Positions 10,302 through 20,712 are shown, counted from the first letter of the stretch. The stretch is 64,000 nucleotides of DNA from Methylococcales bacterium (GCA_963664935.2 CAXXSE010000004.1:53651-117650); one strand, 5' to 3'. Numbers and translations are program-made. The notes: a model not told the origin generated them from the sequence alone.

Positions 10302-10931
10302 ATGCAAGACAATCGAGCAAAAGTAACCGGGGTCGTGTTGGCGGGAGGACGGGCGCGTCGAATGGCTAATAAAGACAAAGGGCTGATTCAGTACAGGGGT
10401 CAACCCTTAGTCCGCCGTGCAATCGACGCATTAGCTCCCTCGGTTAGCCAAATAATTATCAACGCCAACCGAAACCAAGATATTTATTCACGTTTTGGGC
10501 ATCCGGTCGTTTCGGATTTGACCGATACTTACGATGGGCCTTTGGCTGGCATTTTGAGTTGCTTGAAAACTATCGATACACCCTATCTGCTATCGATACC
10601 GTGTGATTGCCCTCTAATCGAATCGAAACTTCTAACGCAAATGATCAATACCTTTTTGCATAAACAAGTCGATGCCGGTGTAGCGTTTGATGGCGAACGC
10701 ATTCATCCGGTTTTCCTCATCCTGAAAATTGGATTGGTGGACAGCCTCGAACTTTACTTAGCGGGTGGCCAACGAAAAATAGATACCTGGCTTTTCCAAC
10801 ATAAGTTGGAAAAAATTGATTTTAGCGAACATCCCGATATGTTTAAAAACATCAATACACCCGAGGATTTGCGTGAACTTGAATCGAAAAATAGAAATAC
10901 ACTGAACACTGATGGCGGCGAAGGTGAATAA
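10302..10931 (+). CDS. mobA: Molybdenum cofactor guanylyltransferase
   Basis: It carries the VTGVVLAGGRARRMANKDKGL motif and has the usual length of ~209 aa. It lies next to fdhD and the FDH genes. The ATG at 10302 is preferred over the TTG at 10287. Confidence 0.85.
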   Translation: MQDNRAKVTGVVLAGGRARRMANKDKGLIQYRGQPLVRRAIDALAPSVSQIIINANRNQDIYSRFGHPVVSDLTDTYDGPLAGILSCLKTIDTPYLLSIPCDCPLIESKLLTQMINTFLHKQVDAGVAFDGERIHPVFLILKIGLVDSLELYLAGGQRKIDTWLFQHKLEKIDFSEHPDMFKNINTPEDLRELESKNRNTLNTDGGEGE

Positions 10932-11742
10932 CCCTATTCTACGGATGACCGATGCGGGACTGAATTCGTGTTATGAAGTGACTGCATTTGACGAGCTGGG
11001 AAGGTCCCGGCAAATAGAATTAGCGGGAGAGCGGGCTTTAACGGTCTACGTCGATAAATATGAGATCGTCACGCTGATGACTATAGGCACTCATCCGGAA
11101 TTATTGACCTTAGGTTATCTCCGTAACCAGGGATTTATCGAAAGCATCGAAGATATCGAAGTGGTCCAAGTGGATTGGGAATCGGAAGCTGTAGCGGTGG
11201 TCACCCGTAATACCGCCATCGATTTCAAAGAAAAAATGTCACAACGCACGATAACTACCGGCTGTGGTCAAGGTACCGTATTCGGCCGGTTGTTGGACCA
11301 ACTACAAAAAATCCATATGCCCGATACAAAAATCAGGCAATCCACAATCTATGGCCTGTTTGCGACCTTGAAAGAGTACAACGAAGTCTACAAAAAGGCC
11401 GGTGCGGTCCACGGTTGCGCCCTTTGTTCCGGTAGCCAGATCGACTTTTTTGTCGAGGATGTGGGCCGGCATAATGCAGTTGATGCAATCGCCGGGCACA
11501 TGTGGCTTGAGAACATAGAAGGTTCGGATAAAATTTTTTATACCACCGGACGGTTGACTTCGGAAATGGTCATCAAAGTCACGCAAATGGGCATTCCGAT
11601 TTTGTTATCTAGATCAGGCGCCACACAGATGGGCTTAGAAATGGCGCAACAATCCGGCGTAACGCTGATTTCCAGAGCTAAAGGCAAACACTTTCTGGTG
11701 TTGAATGGAACCGAGAATATGGTGTATGACGTCAAGCAGTGA
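10912..11742 (+). CDS. fdhD: Formate dehydrogenase accessory sulfurtransferase FdhD
   Basis: 276 aa with TTGCGQG (the active Cys loop), GAVHGCAL and EDVGRHNAVDAI. It overlaps the mobA 3' end by 20 nt. Confidence 0.85.
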   Translation: MAAKVNNPILRMTDAGLNSCYEVTAFDELGRSRQIELAGERALTVYVDKYEIVTLMTIGTHPELLTLGYLRNQGFIESIEDIEVVQVDWESEAVAVVTRNTAIDFKEKMSQRTITTGCGQGTVFGRLLDQLQKIHMPDTKIRQSTIYGLFATLKEYNEVYKKAGAVHGCALCSGSQIDFFVEDVGRHNAVDAIAGHMWLENIEGSDKIFYTTGRLTSEMVIKVTQMGIPILLSRSGATQMGLEMAQQSGVTLISRAKGKHFLVLNGTENMVYDVKQ

Positions 11743-11809
11743 TGACCGAATAAAAGCTTGTCACGTCTTATGAAAAAATGGGTAGCCGCTGAAATCCAAA
11801 GGAGAAAAC

Positions 11810-12022
11810 GTGTGCGATAACGAAGACATAGTAGATTCACCTTGTGGACGGAACTGCTGTTTGGATACCAAGGATATTTGTTTGGGATGTTTTCGATCGC
11901 TACAAGAGATTTTGGACTGGCACGAAGCAGGCACCGATGACCGTCGGAAGATTATTGTCAATGCAAAGCAACGAGAAAAGGGATTACGAATGATGAGTGC
12001 ACATAGCACCACCGGTCTCTAA
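11810..12022 (+). CDS. DUF1289-family small Cys-rich protein
   Basis: SPCGRNCCLDTKDICLGCFRSLQEILDWHE matches the DUF1289 pattern. The start is a GTG. Confidence 0.55.
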   Translation: MCDNEDIVDSPCGRNCCLDTKDICLGCFRSLQEILDWHEAGTDDRRKIIVNAKQREKGLRMMSAHSTTGL

Positions 12023-12097
12023 CCCGTTAGACGATGCCGGTCCACGCCCGTCTCGAATGCCGCGACCAAAAAGGCGAGTATAACGAAAGGTAATTCC

Positions 12098-15004
12098 GTG
12101 AAGCGTTTTCAACACATCGGCCTGACACTCCTATTGTTCTTAGGGACGTTTTCGATTGGATTTATCGTTCTCCAATTGATTGAAACCCGATACGTGGCCA
12201 ATCTAAACTCAACAGCCCGGACATTGGGCGTCACCTTTGCCAAGCAAATTCAACAACACCTGGATCATTCATTTTCCGCGGTCTATACCTTGGCGTCGAT
12301 TGTAAAACAGTATAAACAAGTTGCCGATTTTCCAGCATTAGCGTCCGATGTCATCAAAAGCCACCAAAATATTGACAATTTGCAACTGGCTCCTAACGGA
12401 ATTGTTACGCAAATTTATCCTCAACAAGGAAATGAAGCTGCTATCGGCCACAACCTTTTGACCGACCCACTGCGACGCGCTGATGCTTTTAAAGCCATAA
12501 ATTCCAGAAAATTGACGTTGACAGGACCGGTCAATCTAATCCAGGGCGGCTACGCCATTATCGGTCGTTATCCAGTATTCGAAGACGAAGGTAGTTCCGA
12601 CGAGGTATTTTGGGGATTTACCATCGCGCTCGTTAATCTATCAACATTAATTAGATCGACCGGTGTGGATGAACTGCTTAAGTTAGGATACCAATTCGAA
12701 TTAACCCGAATCGATCCGGATTCGGGTAAAGAGATAAAATTTCATCAATCATCAAAAATTGAGATTATCGATAAAATATCCACCTTGATTGAGGTGCCGA
12801 ATGGTTACTGGCGGCTGAATCTTTCGAATCCTGACCAATCCAGGCAATGGTTTTTCGTTGCCGCAATTGTATTGCTCGTAATCGGCTCATCAACCGTGGC
12901 TCTTTTGGGCAGACATTATTTTATATCCCATGGGTTAGATATAGAATTACTCGACCCTCAACCTTGGCGCACCTTACTCGCCATCCTCGCTACCTGTTCA
13001 ATCTTCGGTACTGTTTGGCTGTTGGAAGTGATAGCGGTCGAAAAAAATCGATCTAACGAGCAATCAAATGTACTACGTGAACTCAGTACCGTTCGCACCA
13101 AGCTCGAACATGCATTGAATGAACGTTTATTTTTAACCAAGGGAATGACTTCCTACGTTAAGGTCAACCCCGAAATCAATTATCGTGAATTTGAGGCGCT
13201 CGCTAGCAACATGGTACACGGCATTTCGGGGATTCGTAGCCTTCAGCTGGCAAAAAACACTGTAGTCACCCATGTCTATCCATTGCGGGGTAACGAGCAG
13301 GCTCTCGGTCTGGAACTTTTGAAAATTCCTGAACAACGGGGTGCGGTAGAACGGGCGTTAGAAACCCAAAACACTGTGGTGGCGGGTCCAGTGTCACTGA
13401 TCCAAAGCGGGCTTGCTTTTATCAGCCGGACGCCGATTTATCTGAACCAATTAAGTGAAGAGACAACGGCTGATTCCTATTGGGGATTAGCAACCATAAT
13501 TATAAATCGCGATACCCTCTTTGAAGAAGCAGGATTGTTGGGTGCTCAACCTATAATCAAAATTGCCTTGCGCGGACAGGATGCCTCGGGTAATAAAGGA
13601 AAAATCTTTTTTGGCGACGAAAACATTTTCAATCATCAACCAGTAACCGTAGACGTCAGCTTACCCAATGGATCATGGCAATTAGCCGCAATACCAATAA
13701 AGGGATGGGGAGCTCAAGCATCACCCTATCTGTTACTACGAACAGGAGGTTTCATCATCGCTGCAATGATTGGGATACTTGTTTGGTTTCTGCTTTCTTT
13801 TCAAATAAAGCTGCGGGAAAGCGAACAGCGCTTTCGAACCATGGTCGAGCATCTTCCCGCCGGCACCGCCTATATCGAAAACGACCACATAATAATGAAC
13901 CGGGGCCTAGAAGACATTACCGGATATTTACGCGAAGAGATTAGTACTGTTCAGCAATGGTTCGATCGTTTATGCGGAAACCAATCGAACTATTTCAAAT
14001 CGAAATACGACAAGGGTGTTAAATCGCAAACTCCAGTAACCCAAGAAATTAAGATCATCACCCGGAATCAACAAACCCGGCATTTGGAATTTTCAGTTTA
14101 TCGGGACCCCCATTTCGAAATATGGCTATTGCAGGATATTACTGATCGAAAACACGAAGAGAGCGAAAACGAGAATCTGAAACACCAATTAATCCAGGCC
14201 CAAAAGATGGAAACCATCGGAACCCTCGCCGGCGGCATTGCCCATGATTTTAATAATATCCTTTCACCTATACTCGGTTATGCGGATATTTGCCAAAACA
14301 GTCATCTCGACGAAAGCAAAAAGCAAAATTACCTCCGCCAGATCACCAAAGCGGCATTAGTAGCAAGGGATCTGATAAAGCAGCTGCTAGCGTTCAGTCG
14401 TCCAGAAACCCTTGAAATAAGTCCAATTCATTTTGGCAAAACCGTCAAAGAATCGATGAAACTGGTCCGCATGAGTATTCCATCGACAATCGAAGTTATC
14501 GATCAAATCGAGGATGAATCCACAACGATTTTAGCTAACCCCTCCCAAATCGAACAAATCGTCATTAACATTACGACTAATGCCTTCCAGGCGATGCCCA
14601 AAGGCGGCAAGTTGATAGCGGCCATTAAAAAAACAAACCCTAGCTCCGAGTTTTTGCAAATACATCCAGATTTTGAGCCAACCGAAAATTTGAAACTTAG
14701 CATTATCGATAACGGAATCGGCATGGATCAGGATACCTTGGCTAGAATATACGAACCTTTTTTCAGTACCAAAGAAGTTGGCGATGGCAGCGGCTTGGGG
14801 CTGTCGGTTGTCCACGGAATTGTCAAAAGCCTTGGGGGCATCTTAGATGTAAATTCAAAAAAAGGTATCGGAACGACCTTTAATATTTACTTTCCAACGA
14901 CCGTTAAAACACCAGCAAAATCGTTGCACGGAAGCCTTCAGCCCAATAGGGGTACGAGCGAATTTTCCTTGTTGACGACGATCCGCAACTCATCAATTTG
15001 CTAA
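12098..15004 (+). CDS. Hybrid sensor histidine kinase with two periplasmic CHASE-like domains, PAS, HisKA and HATPase; the reading frame is lost before the receiver domain
   Basis: The motif block is duplicated (LQLAPNGIVTQIYPQQGNEAAIGHNLL ... and LQLAKNTVVTHVYPLRGNEQALGLELL ...), and each copy is followed by a TM segment. The H-box is GGIAHDFNNIL, and the N/G boxes are NAFQAM and DNGIGM ... GSGLGLSVV. Confidence 0.85.
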   Translation: MKRFQHIGLTLLLFLGTFSIGFIVLQLIETRYVANLNSTARTLGVTFAKQIQQHLDHSFSAVYTLASIVKQYKQVADFPALASDVIKSHQNIDNLQLAPNGIVTQIYPQQGNEAAIGHNLLTDPLRRADAFKAINSRKLTLTGPVNLIQGGYAIIGRYPVFEDEGSSDEVFWGFTIALVNLSTLIRSTGVDELLKLGYQFELTRIDPDSGKEIKFHQSSKIEIIDKISTLIEVPNGYWRLNLSNPDQSRQWFFVAAIVLLVIGSSTVALLGRHYFISHGLDIELLDPQPWRTLLAILATCSIFGTVWLLEVIAVEKNRSNEQSNVLRELSTVRTKLEHALNERLFLTKGMTSYVKVNPEINYREFEALASNMVHGISGIRSLQLAKNTVVTHVYPLRGNEQALGLELLKIPEQRGAVERALETQNTVVAGPVSLIQSGLAFISRTPIYLNQLSEETTADSYWGLATIIINRDTLFEEAGLLGAQPIIKIALRGQDASGNKGKIFFGDENIFNHQPVTVDVSLPNGSWQLAAIPIKGWGAQASPYLLLRTGGFIIAAMIGILVWFLLSFQIKLRESEQRFRTMVEHLPAGTAYIENDHIIMNRGLEDITGYLREEISTVQQWFDRLCGNQSNYFKSKYDKGVKSQTPVTQEIKIITRNQQTRHLEFSVYRDPHFEIWLLQDITDRKHEESENENLKHQLIQAQKMETIGTLAGGIAHDFNNILSPILGYADICQNSHLDESKKQNYLRQITKAALVARDLIKQLLAFSRPETLEISPIHFGKTVKESMKLVRMSIPSTIEVIDQIEDESTTILANPSQIEQIVINITTNAFQAMPKGGKLIAAIKKTNPSSEFLQIHPDFEPTENLKLSIIDNGIGMDQDTLARIYEPFFSTKEVGDGSGLGLSVVHGIVKSLGGILDVNSKKGIGTTFNIYFPTTVKTPAKSLHGSLQPNRGTSEFSLLTTIRNSSIC

Positions 15005-15321
15005 CGGAAATGCTAGAGCTAAGCGGTTATAAGGTTTCAAGTTGGACCGAATCAGAACAAGCACTTAATGCATTCTGCGAAAGCCCTCGGAATTACGACC
15101 TGGTGGTCACCGATCAAACAATGCCTAAAATAACCGGAATCGAACTCAGCAAAAAATTGTTGAAGATTCGCGAAGACATTCCGATTATATTGTTGAGTGG
15201 CTACAGTGAGTCCGCAAACCGGGAACAAGCGTTGAACATCGGCATACGAAATTTCTTGATGAAACCAATCCTTGTTGACGAATTCAACAACGCCATCCGC
15301 AATATAATTGATAATCCATAG
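14950..15321 (+). CDS. Receiver (REC) domain, out-of-frame continuation of the hybrid kinase
   Basis: The frame opening at 14950 reads GYERIFLVDDDPQLINLLTEMLE ... VVTDQTMPKITG ... ILLSGY ... MKP. The acidic pocket (DDD) lies upstream of any start codon. Adding one G to the G4 run at 14949-14952 fuses it to the kinase frame. Confidence 0.75.
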   Translation, partial: GYERIFLVDDDPQLINLLTEMLELSGYKVSSWTESEQALNAFCESPRNYDLVVTDQTMPKITGIELSKKLLKIREDIPIILLSGYSESANREQALNIGIRNFLMKPILVDEFNNAIRNIIDNP

Positions 15322-15344
15322 CCACTTTAAGGTATTTTTTTGAA

Positions 15345-15401
15345 ACTATTCAGGAGCAATCTGAACAGTTGCGATAATGTACTGAATAGTGACCTTTTTT
15401 T
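15345..15401 (+). terminator. Possible intrinsic terminator after the kinase/receiver gene
   Basis: The stem is ACTATTCAG / CTGAATAGT (9 bp), followed by the TGACCTTTTTTT tract. The loop is long (~28 nt), so the call is weak. Confidence 0.3.
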
Positions 15402-15431
15402 AACAGAATTTGGTTATTCTAAAGAGTGAAA

Positions 15432-15995
15432 ATGAAATTTAAGTATTTTCTTAAACGCGCCACCACCTCAAACCATCGTTATGAAGGCGATAATTTCTAT
15501 ATTTTGGCAATATTAGCTTCTCTAATTTTCACTTTTCCCGCACATTCGGACACACGCATTGCAATTCTAGATTTTGAAGTAAAAGACCTGACTTTGTATC
15601 CACGCATTAAGGAAGAGAAAGAACGCGCGGCTTCAATGAAACCGATGCTACAGAAAATCTTAAAAGCCAAAGGCGCTTATGAATTAATTAACATTAATTC
15701 GGATGCTCAATACGAGGCTAATAAAGGAACCGGGTACCTTTTTGACCATCACGATGTCGTTGCGGAATTGGGTCAACAATTTGGAGCGGATTTTGTATTA
15801 ATGGGTCGAGTGCATAAAGCGAGTCATTTGTTCGTCTACTTTATGGCCCATCTGGTGGACGTTAAAACACAACAACTTATTGGAAATTACGTTGTAGAAG
15901 TCAAAGGTCCTCAAAAGAAACTGACGATAAAAGGGCTGGAGAGTCTTGCTGAACAGATTGATAGGACTTTCAAACACCCTGCGCCATCGCCTTAG
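15432..15995 (+). CDS. Hypothetical secreted protein (DUF2380/DUF3280-like; family uncertain)
   Basis: It has an N-terminal hydrophobic signal and then IAILDFEVKDLTL ... FGADFVLMGRVHKASHLFVYFMAHLVDVKT. The GTG at 15426 is an alternative start. Confidence 0.5.
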   Translation: MKFKYFLKRATTSNHRYEGDNFYILAILASLIFTFPAHSDTRIAILDFEVKDLTLYPRIKEEKERAASMKPMLQKILKAKGAYELININSDAQYEANKGTGYLFDHHDVVAELGQQFGADFVLMGRVHKASHLFVYFMAHLVDVKTQQLIGNYVVEVKGPQKKLTIKGLESLAEQIDRTFKHPAPSP

Positions 15996-16082
15996 AGATT
16001 ACATATACGCCAATATGTCTGAGGATAGTGGGGGCCCGGGCGTGATGTAGGTCTGAAACAATTTTCTTGTAACTGATCAGAT

Positions 16083-16247
16083 TACCCCTGAAATTCGTCA
16101 GTTCAAGGCGAAAAATGTGAGTTTACACGTGTAAATGATCATTTATTACTCCACGCATCCATGCGTTTCGCCCCTCGGGCCAGACTTCGTCTGCTCAAAA
16201 ATGCTCCAGGCGTTTTTGTAACGCAGAAATGGCGGATTTCAGGGGCG
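16083..16247. repeat. Palindromic MITE/REP-like element between convergent genes
   Basis: The terminal inverted repeats are CCCCTGAAATTCGTC (16085-16099) and GGCGGATTTCAGGGG (16231-16245). Internal palindromes are TTTACACGTGTAAA (16122-16135) and ACGCATCCATGCGT. Confidence 0.55.
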
Positions 16248-16260
16248 ATATGAACAGTTG

Positions 16261-16998
16261 CTATTTCCTATCATCTTTAATATACATAACGGTCTTATCT
16301 CTCATTTCGACTTTAAATAAATCACTTGCCCTAATAATATCGCTGAGTTTTTTATATCCGTAATTCACCGGAGAAAATGAGGTATTATTGGAAATATATT
16401 GCCCTACTTGACCTAAATGCGACCACCCATCATCCTCAACGGTTTGCTCAACCGCCGTTCTTAGCGTTTTAACCAACCAAGTATTCTGCCTGAGTTCATT
16501 ACGAGTCAGCTTTCTATTGCCCGCACTACTTTTTTCCAACTTTTCTTCGTCCGAAGTTTCCGCTTCAATTAAGTTTTCGGTAAAAATAAACTGCGAGCAC
16601 GCTTTTATGAAAGGCAAAGGCGTTTTTTTCTCGCCAAATCCATAAACTTTAAGACCATGGGTCAAAATTCTCATGACCAACGGGGTAAAATCACTGTCAC
16701 TTGTCATCAACGCGAAGCCATCCAGTTCATGGCTATACAACAAATCCATAGTATCTATAATCATTGCCGCATCGGTAGCATTTTTCCCCGTGGTATACGC
16801 AAATTGTTGAATGGGTGTAATTGCAAATGGATGTAATTTTTCTTCCCAACCTTGGAGCAGAGGACTTTTCCAATTGCCATAGGCTTTGCGGATATTGACA
16901 ACACCATACTTTGCAAGCTCATTTAAAACCCCATCAACCGCTTTATGGCTAACGTTGTCACAGTCGATAAGTAATGCAATTTTCTTTTCTTTTTCCAT
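16261..16998 (-). CDS. NYN (LabA-like) ribonuclease domain protein with C-terminal OST-HTH/LOTUS domain
   Basis: The NYN core is KIALLIDCDNVS ... NIRKAYGNW ... NATDAAMIIDTMDL ... LMTSDSDFTPL. The C-terminus (DGWSHLGQVGQYI ... YGYKKLSDII) is OST-HTH-like. Confidence 0.75.
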   Translation of the reverse strand: MEKEKKIALLIDCDNVSHKAVDGVLNELAKYGVVNIRKAYGNWKSPLLQGWEEKLHPFAITPIQQFAYTTGKNATDAAMIIDTMDLLYSHELDGFALMTSDSDFTPLVMRILTHGLKVYGFGEKKTPLPFIKACSQFIFTENLIEAETSDEEKLEKSSAGNRKLTRNELRQNTWLVKTLRTAVEQTVEDDGWSHLGQVGQYISNNTSFSPVNYGYKKLSDIIRASDLFKVEMRDKTVMYIKDDRK

Positions 16999-17036
16999 AA
17001 CCTCTCACGGTCAAATATTTAATCGTAATAAACAAG

Positions 17037-18002
17037 TTATAAATCAAGAACCAATAACTTGCTTTTCGAGCGCGAGCAACAGGCCGTCATTTGATCGTTA
17101 GCGGTATGTTCCTCGTCGGACAAGATCGCGTCCCGGTGATCCGGAATCCCTTCAAGGACTCCTGTAATACAGGTGCCACAAATTCCCTGCTCGCAAGAAA
17201 CCGGAATTTTAATGCCATATTCGAACAAAGCATCGACAAGGCTCTTGTCCTCAGGAATATCATAGATCTCACCGGTACTCTGAATTTTGACCTGAAAACT
17301 TTCGTCATCGTCGTGACCGGCTTGTGGATCGGCGGAAAAATACTCCCGGTGGATAGTGTCAGCCGGCCACGCCCTTTCCGCATTGCCGATCACGGCCTCC
17401 ATAAAACCTTTAGGCCCGCAGACGTATAAATTGGCGCCTTCAGGCCGGGTTGCGAGGAGATTAACCAAATCCAGCTTTTGGTCCTCTGATCTGTCGTCAA
17501 AATGAAATGTAACCTGATCTTTATAGCCGGGCGTATTCAATTCGGTATAAAAGGCGCAGCTCTCGAATGAACGGGCGCAATAGTGCATCTTGAATGGTTT
17601 ACCCAGCTTGGCGAGATGCCGAGCCATCGACATAATAGGAGTTACCCCAATACCGCCAGCCAGAAGCAGCGAAAACTCGGAATTGTCATCCAGATGGAAA
17701 CTGTTTCGGGGTACACTGATTTGTAGAAGGTCCCCTTCTTTAACCTGATCATGCATTGCAGCCGACCCACCACTACCATTCGTTTCTTTCAAAACCCCCA
17801 GCAGATAACGGTGCCGCTCATGAGGTGCGTTGCACAACGAATACTGCCGAATATAGTCACCGGCGATGTGCACATCGATATGGGAGCCAGCGGTGAACGG
17901 CGGAAGATCGTCACCATTGGGCGATACCAATTCAAACGAGACGATACGCTCGGCTTCGATGGTCTTTTTAGTTACTTTAACGGTTAATAGATTATTATTC
18001 AT
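17037..18002 (-). CDS. PDR/VanB-family oxidoreductase (FMN/NAD-binding reductase with C-terminal 2Fe-2S ferredoxin)
   Basis: It has RQYSLCN, LLAGGIGVTPIMSM and the C-terminal CEQGICGTCITGV ... CCS. Confidence 0.8.
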   Translation of the reverse strand: MNNNLLTVKVTKKTIEAERIVSFELVSPNGDDLPPFTAGSHIDVHIAGDYIRQYSLCNAPHERHRYLLGVLKETNGSGGSAAMHDQVKEGDLLQISVPRNSFHLDDNSEFSLLLAGGIGVTPIMSMARHLAKLGKPFKMHYCARSFESCAFYTELNTPGYKDQVTFHFDDRSEDQKLDLVNLLATRPEGANLYVCGPKGFMEAVIGNAERAWPADTIHREYFSADPQAGHDDDESFQVKIQSTGEIYDIPEDKSLVDALFEYGIKIPVSCEQGICGTCITGVLEGIPDHRDAILSDEEHTANDQMTACCSRSKSKLLVLDL

Positions 18003-18226
18003 GGGTGTAGAAAAATATGGGGTTAGTGTCTATATAAAATATCATAGTCAACTGGCGTCACCTCGGTTATTATCCCCTAATAAGAAATTCGCTCAAGTAG
18101 GCTCCGAACCCGATAGGTTATCGGATGCCCCGTCTTTTCCGTGATTAATTCAAAAAAATGACCAGCGCTTCGTGGGCCTAATGTTGTATTTAGCCGAAAA
18201 ATGATTGTCATGGAGAGCTATAGGAG

Positions 18227-19837
18227 ATGATTGAAACCATGCTAAAAGCAGGGGCGACACGTCCCCCTGAAATCAAAGCAGCAGCACACCTCGCAACCGG
18301 CCAAGGTGTCTTGGATGAATCAACTTTCGATGCAATTGAAGTCGATAGATTGTTTGATGTCATCAACAGCGCTCAAACCTGCATCGGGCAAGCTAATCTG
18401 TTTGGTACTTTAACTCGTCCTCCGTCGACCCTCACCGATATAAAAATTCGTCAGGAAGCCCTATTGGAAATCGACGCCAACTCCGAACTTAAATCAAAAA
18501 TTGAAGACCTTGTTAATGAAGCAAAGACACGGGAACAGGGGTTTTACGATCTGCTCTATAACAATTTTCTTGGGTTGTTCGGTGATCCCAAGCACGATCT
18601 GGAATCTTCCGGTTTTGGCTATGAGTCCTACCAAACCGGAACCACTTTTTGCCGGAAGCTGGTTGATAGCGCCGCCGACATAAAGAAACCCGAATCGATA
18701 TACCTCAATCGACTCTTCGAGGGACTTAAAGACTTCGGACGGTCCCGGGTATTCGCGTTAATGCGGGGGCCGGTATACTGCTCTCCAGACTGTATTATTA
18801 CCCGTGAAGAAAAGCAGTGGTATTCCCCTGCCTTGCGGTTTCGGCCAACATTATTCAAGCCGTTTTTCTGGGTATTCACCGTCGTTACCCTAATGATGTT
18901 GGATTACTTCGGCAGTCTCTTCTTCGATCTCCCCACCATGATCGGCGGTCCTTTATCTTCAATTGGAATGACGATCATCGCACCAATCGTTGTAGTGGCC
19001 TACGTGGCGATGACTGGAACCTACGACCGCGATTATTGTATCTTTCCGTTAAGAAATATTTACCGCGATTCAGCCGATGTCCACAAAGCTCTCGATGTAC
19101 TGGGAAAGCTTGATGAACTACTGGCTTTGTCCCGGTACGCCGAATCCTTCGCCTCGTTCATGACCATGCCGGAAATAGTGGATGCTAAACATTACCAGTT
19201 GGCATTAAAGCAAGTAGTTAACCCGATTCTAGCGAAACAAGATCCACACTACGTGGCCAACAGCATCGATCTTGAGACCAGTCGGCTGTGTTTTGTCACA
19301 GGCCCTAATAGCGGTGGTAAAACAGCACTTTGCAAAACGCTGGCCCAAGTTCAACTGCTGGCGCAAATTGGCAGTTACATTCCAGCCAGTCGGGCTAAGC
19401 TCAGCGTTGTCGACCACATCCATTACCAGATTCCATCGTTCAGTTCTCTTAAAGATCACGAAGGCCGTTTCGGCTCGGAACTGCGCCGCACCAAAGCGAT
19501 TTTTTTGGCGACCACACCGAAAAGCCTGGTCATTCTCGATGAGCTTTCCGAAGGAACCACCTACGAGGAAAAGCTGGTCACGTCCCGTAATATCCTTGAG
19601 GGATTTTACCGCAAAGGTAACAACACAATGCTTATCACTCATAATCACGAATTAGTCGATCAGTTTATCGACAAAGGGATTGGTCAGGCAAAACAAGTAG
19701 AGTTCGATGGTGTTGAACCGAGTTATCGGCTAATCGATGGAATTTCCCGGGTCAGCCATGCCGATCATATCTCTCGAAAAATTGGTTTTTCCAAAGAAGA
19801 TATCGAACGATATTTGGCGGAACAGGATAAACCATAG
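18227..19837 (+). CDS. MutS-related ATPase (MutS domain V only) with central transmembrane segments
   Basis: Walker A is VTGPNSGGKTALCKT. The MutS signature is SELRRTK and Walker B is LVILDELSEGTTYEE, followed by LITHNHEL. Hydrophobic segments are FFWVFTVVTLMMLDYFGSLFF and IGMTIIAPIVVVAYVAM. There is no mismatch-binding domain. An AGGAG Shine-Dalgarno sequence precedes the ATG. Confidence 0.8.
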   Translation: MIETMLKAGATRPPEIKAAAHLATGQGVLDESTFDAIEVDRLFDVINSAQTCIGQANLFGTLTRPPSTLTDIKIRQEALLEIDANSELKSKIEDLVNEAKTREQGFYDLLYNNFLGLFGDPKHDLESSGFGYESYQTGTTFCRKLVDSAADIKKPESIYLNRLFEGLKDFGRSRVFALMRGPVYCSPDCIITREEKQWYSPALRFRPTLFKPFFWVFTVVTLMMLDYFGSLFFDLPTMIGGPLSSIGMTIIAPIVVVAYVAMTGTYDRDYCIFPLRNIYRDSADVHKALDVLGKLDELLALSRYAESFASFMTMPEIVDAKHYQLALKQVVNPILAKQDPHYVANSIDLETSRLCFVTGPNSGGKTALCKTLAQVQLLAQIGSYIPASRAKLSVVDHIHYQIPSFSSLKDHEGRFGSELRRTKAIFLATTPKSLVILDELSEGTTYEEKLVTSRNILEGFYRKGNNTMLITHNHELVDQFIDKGIGQAKQVEFDGVEPSYRLIDGISRVSHADHISRKIGFSKEDIERYLAEQDKP

Positions 19838-19903
19838 ACCGGTTGGATGGTAGGAAAATTTCCTTTTTTCGGCCATCAAAGTATAACCGGTAACCTTCTA
19901 TGA

Positions 19904-20712
19904 TTAAGCTTTTTCTTCCATGGAATGGTTGGTGAATCGGACGGTTTGATCCTGATCTATTTGAGCGGGCGGGTTTTCAGTGGAGTGAACGTTGACAACG
20001 ACCGCGCTAACGTTGTCCCTGCATGCCCGGGACAGCGCCAAATCCACCAAGATATCACACGCCCGGTCCTCATCGGAATGCGATAATATATCGGCAATCT
20101 CCGTTTCGCTCACGTCTTTGTATAAACCGTCGCTGCACAGCAGGAACGTATCGCGATCCCGCAAAGTAATCCGGCCAGAATCGAGTTCAAGGCGTTCAGA
20201 AGCCCCCACGGCTCGAGTGATCACGTTTGAAGCCGGGTGGTGTTCCGCGTCTTCCGGCAAGATCATTCCGGCGTCAACGAGTTCTTGAACATGGCTATGG
20301 TCTTTTGTCAATCGCTGTAGTTGCCCGGATCGTAAAAGATACAGCCGACTGTCTCCCGCCCAGAGAAAAGCGCAGCTGTCCTCATAAGTGAGTAACACCA
20401 CGACCGTGCTGCCTATAATTTTATTGTCACCCCGGTCAGCGGCTTTTCTGGAGAGTTGGGAATTCACCAATTGTAGATTTTTTTCAGTCTATACAATGAC
20501 ATCATCGAAATTGCAATGAAAATCGCTCCGAGCTAACAGCGAAATAATTGTTTGACTTGCAAAGTCACCGGCATGATGCCCCCCATGCCGTCAGCCACGG
20601 CCCATATTCCTTTGCGGGATTCCGCAAGACAGGCGTCTTCGTTGATTTTCCGGATATTGCCCACATCGGACCGGGAGGTCGATGACCATTGAAATGGTTG
20701 ATGATCGGTCAT
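19904..20712 (-). pseudogene. PP2C-family Ser/Thr phosphatase, disrupted (frameshift plus in-frame TAG)
   Basis: The N-terminus MTDHQPFQWSSTSRSDVGNIRKINEDA ... WAVADGMGG loses frame in the C6 run at 20579-20584. There is a TAG at 20489-20491, in frame with the C-terminal ORF (WAGDSRLYL ... LLCSDGLY ... DNVSAVVV). Confidence 0.8.
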
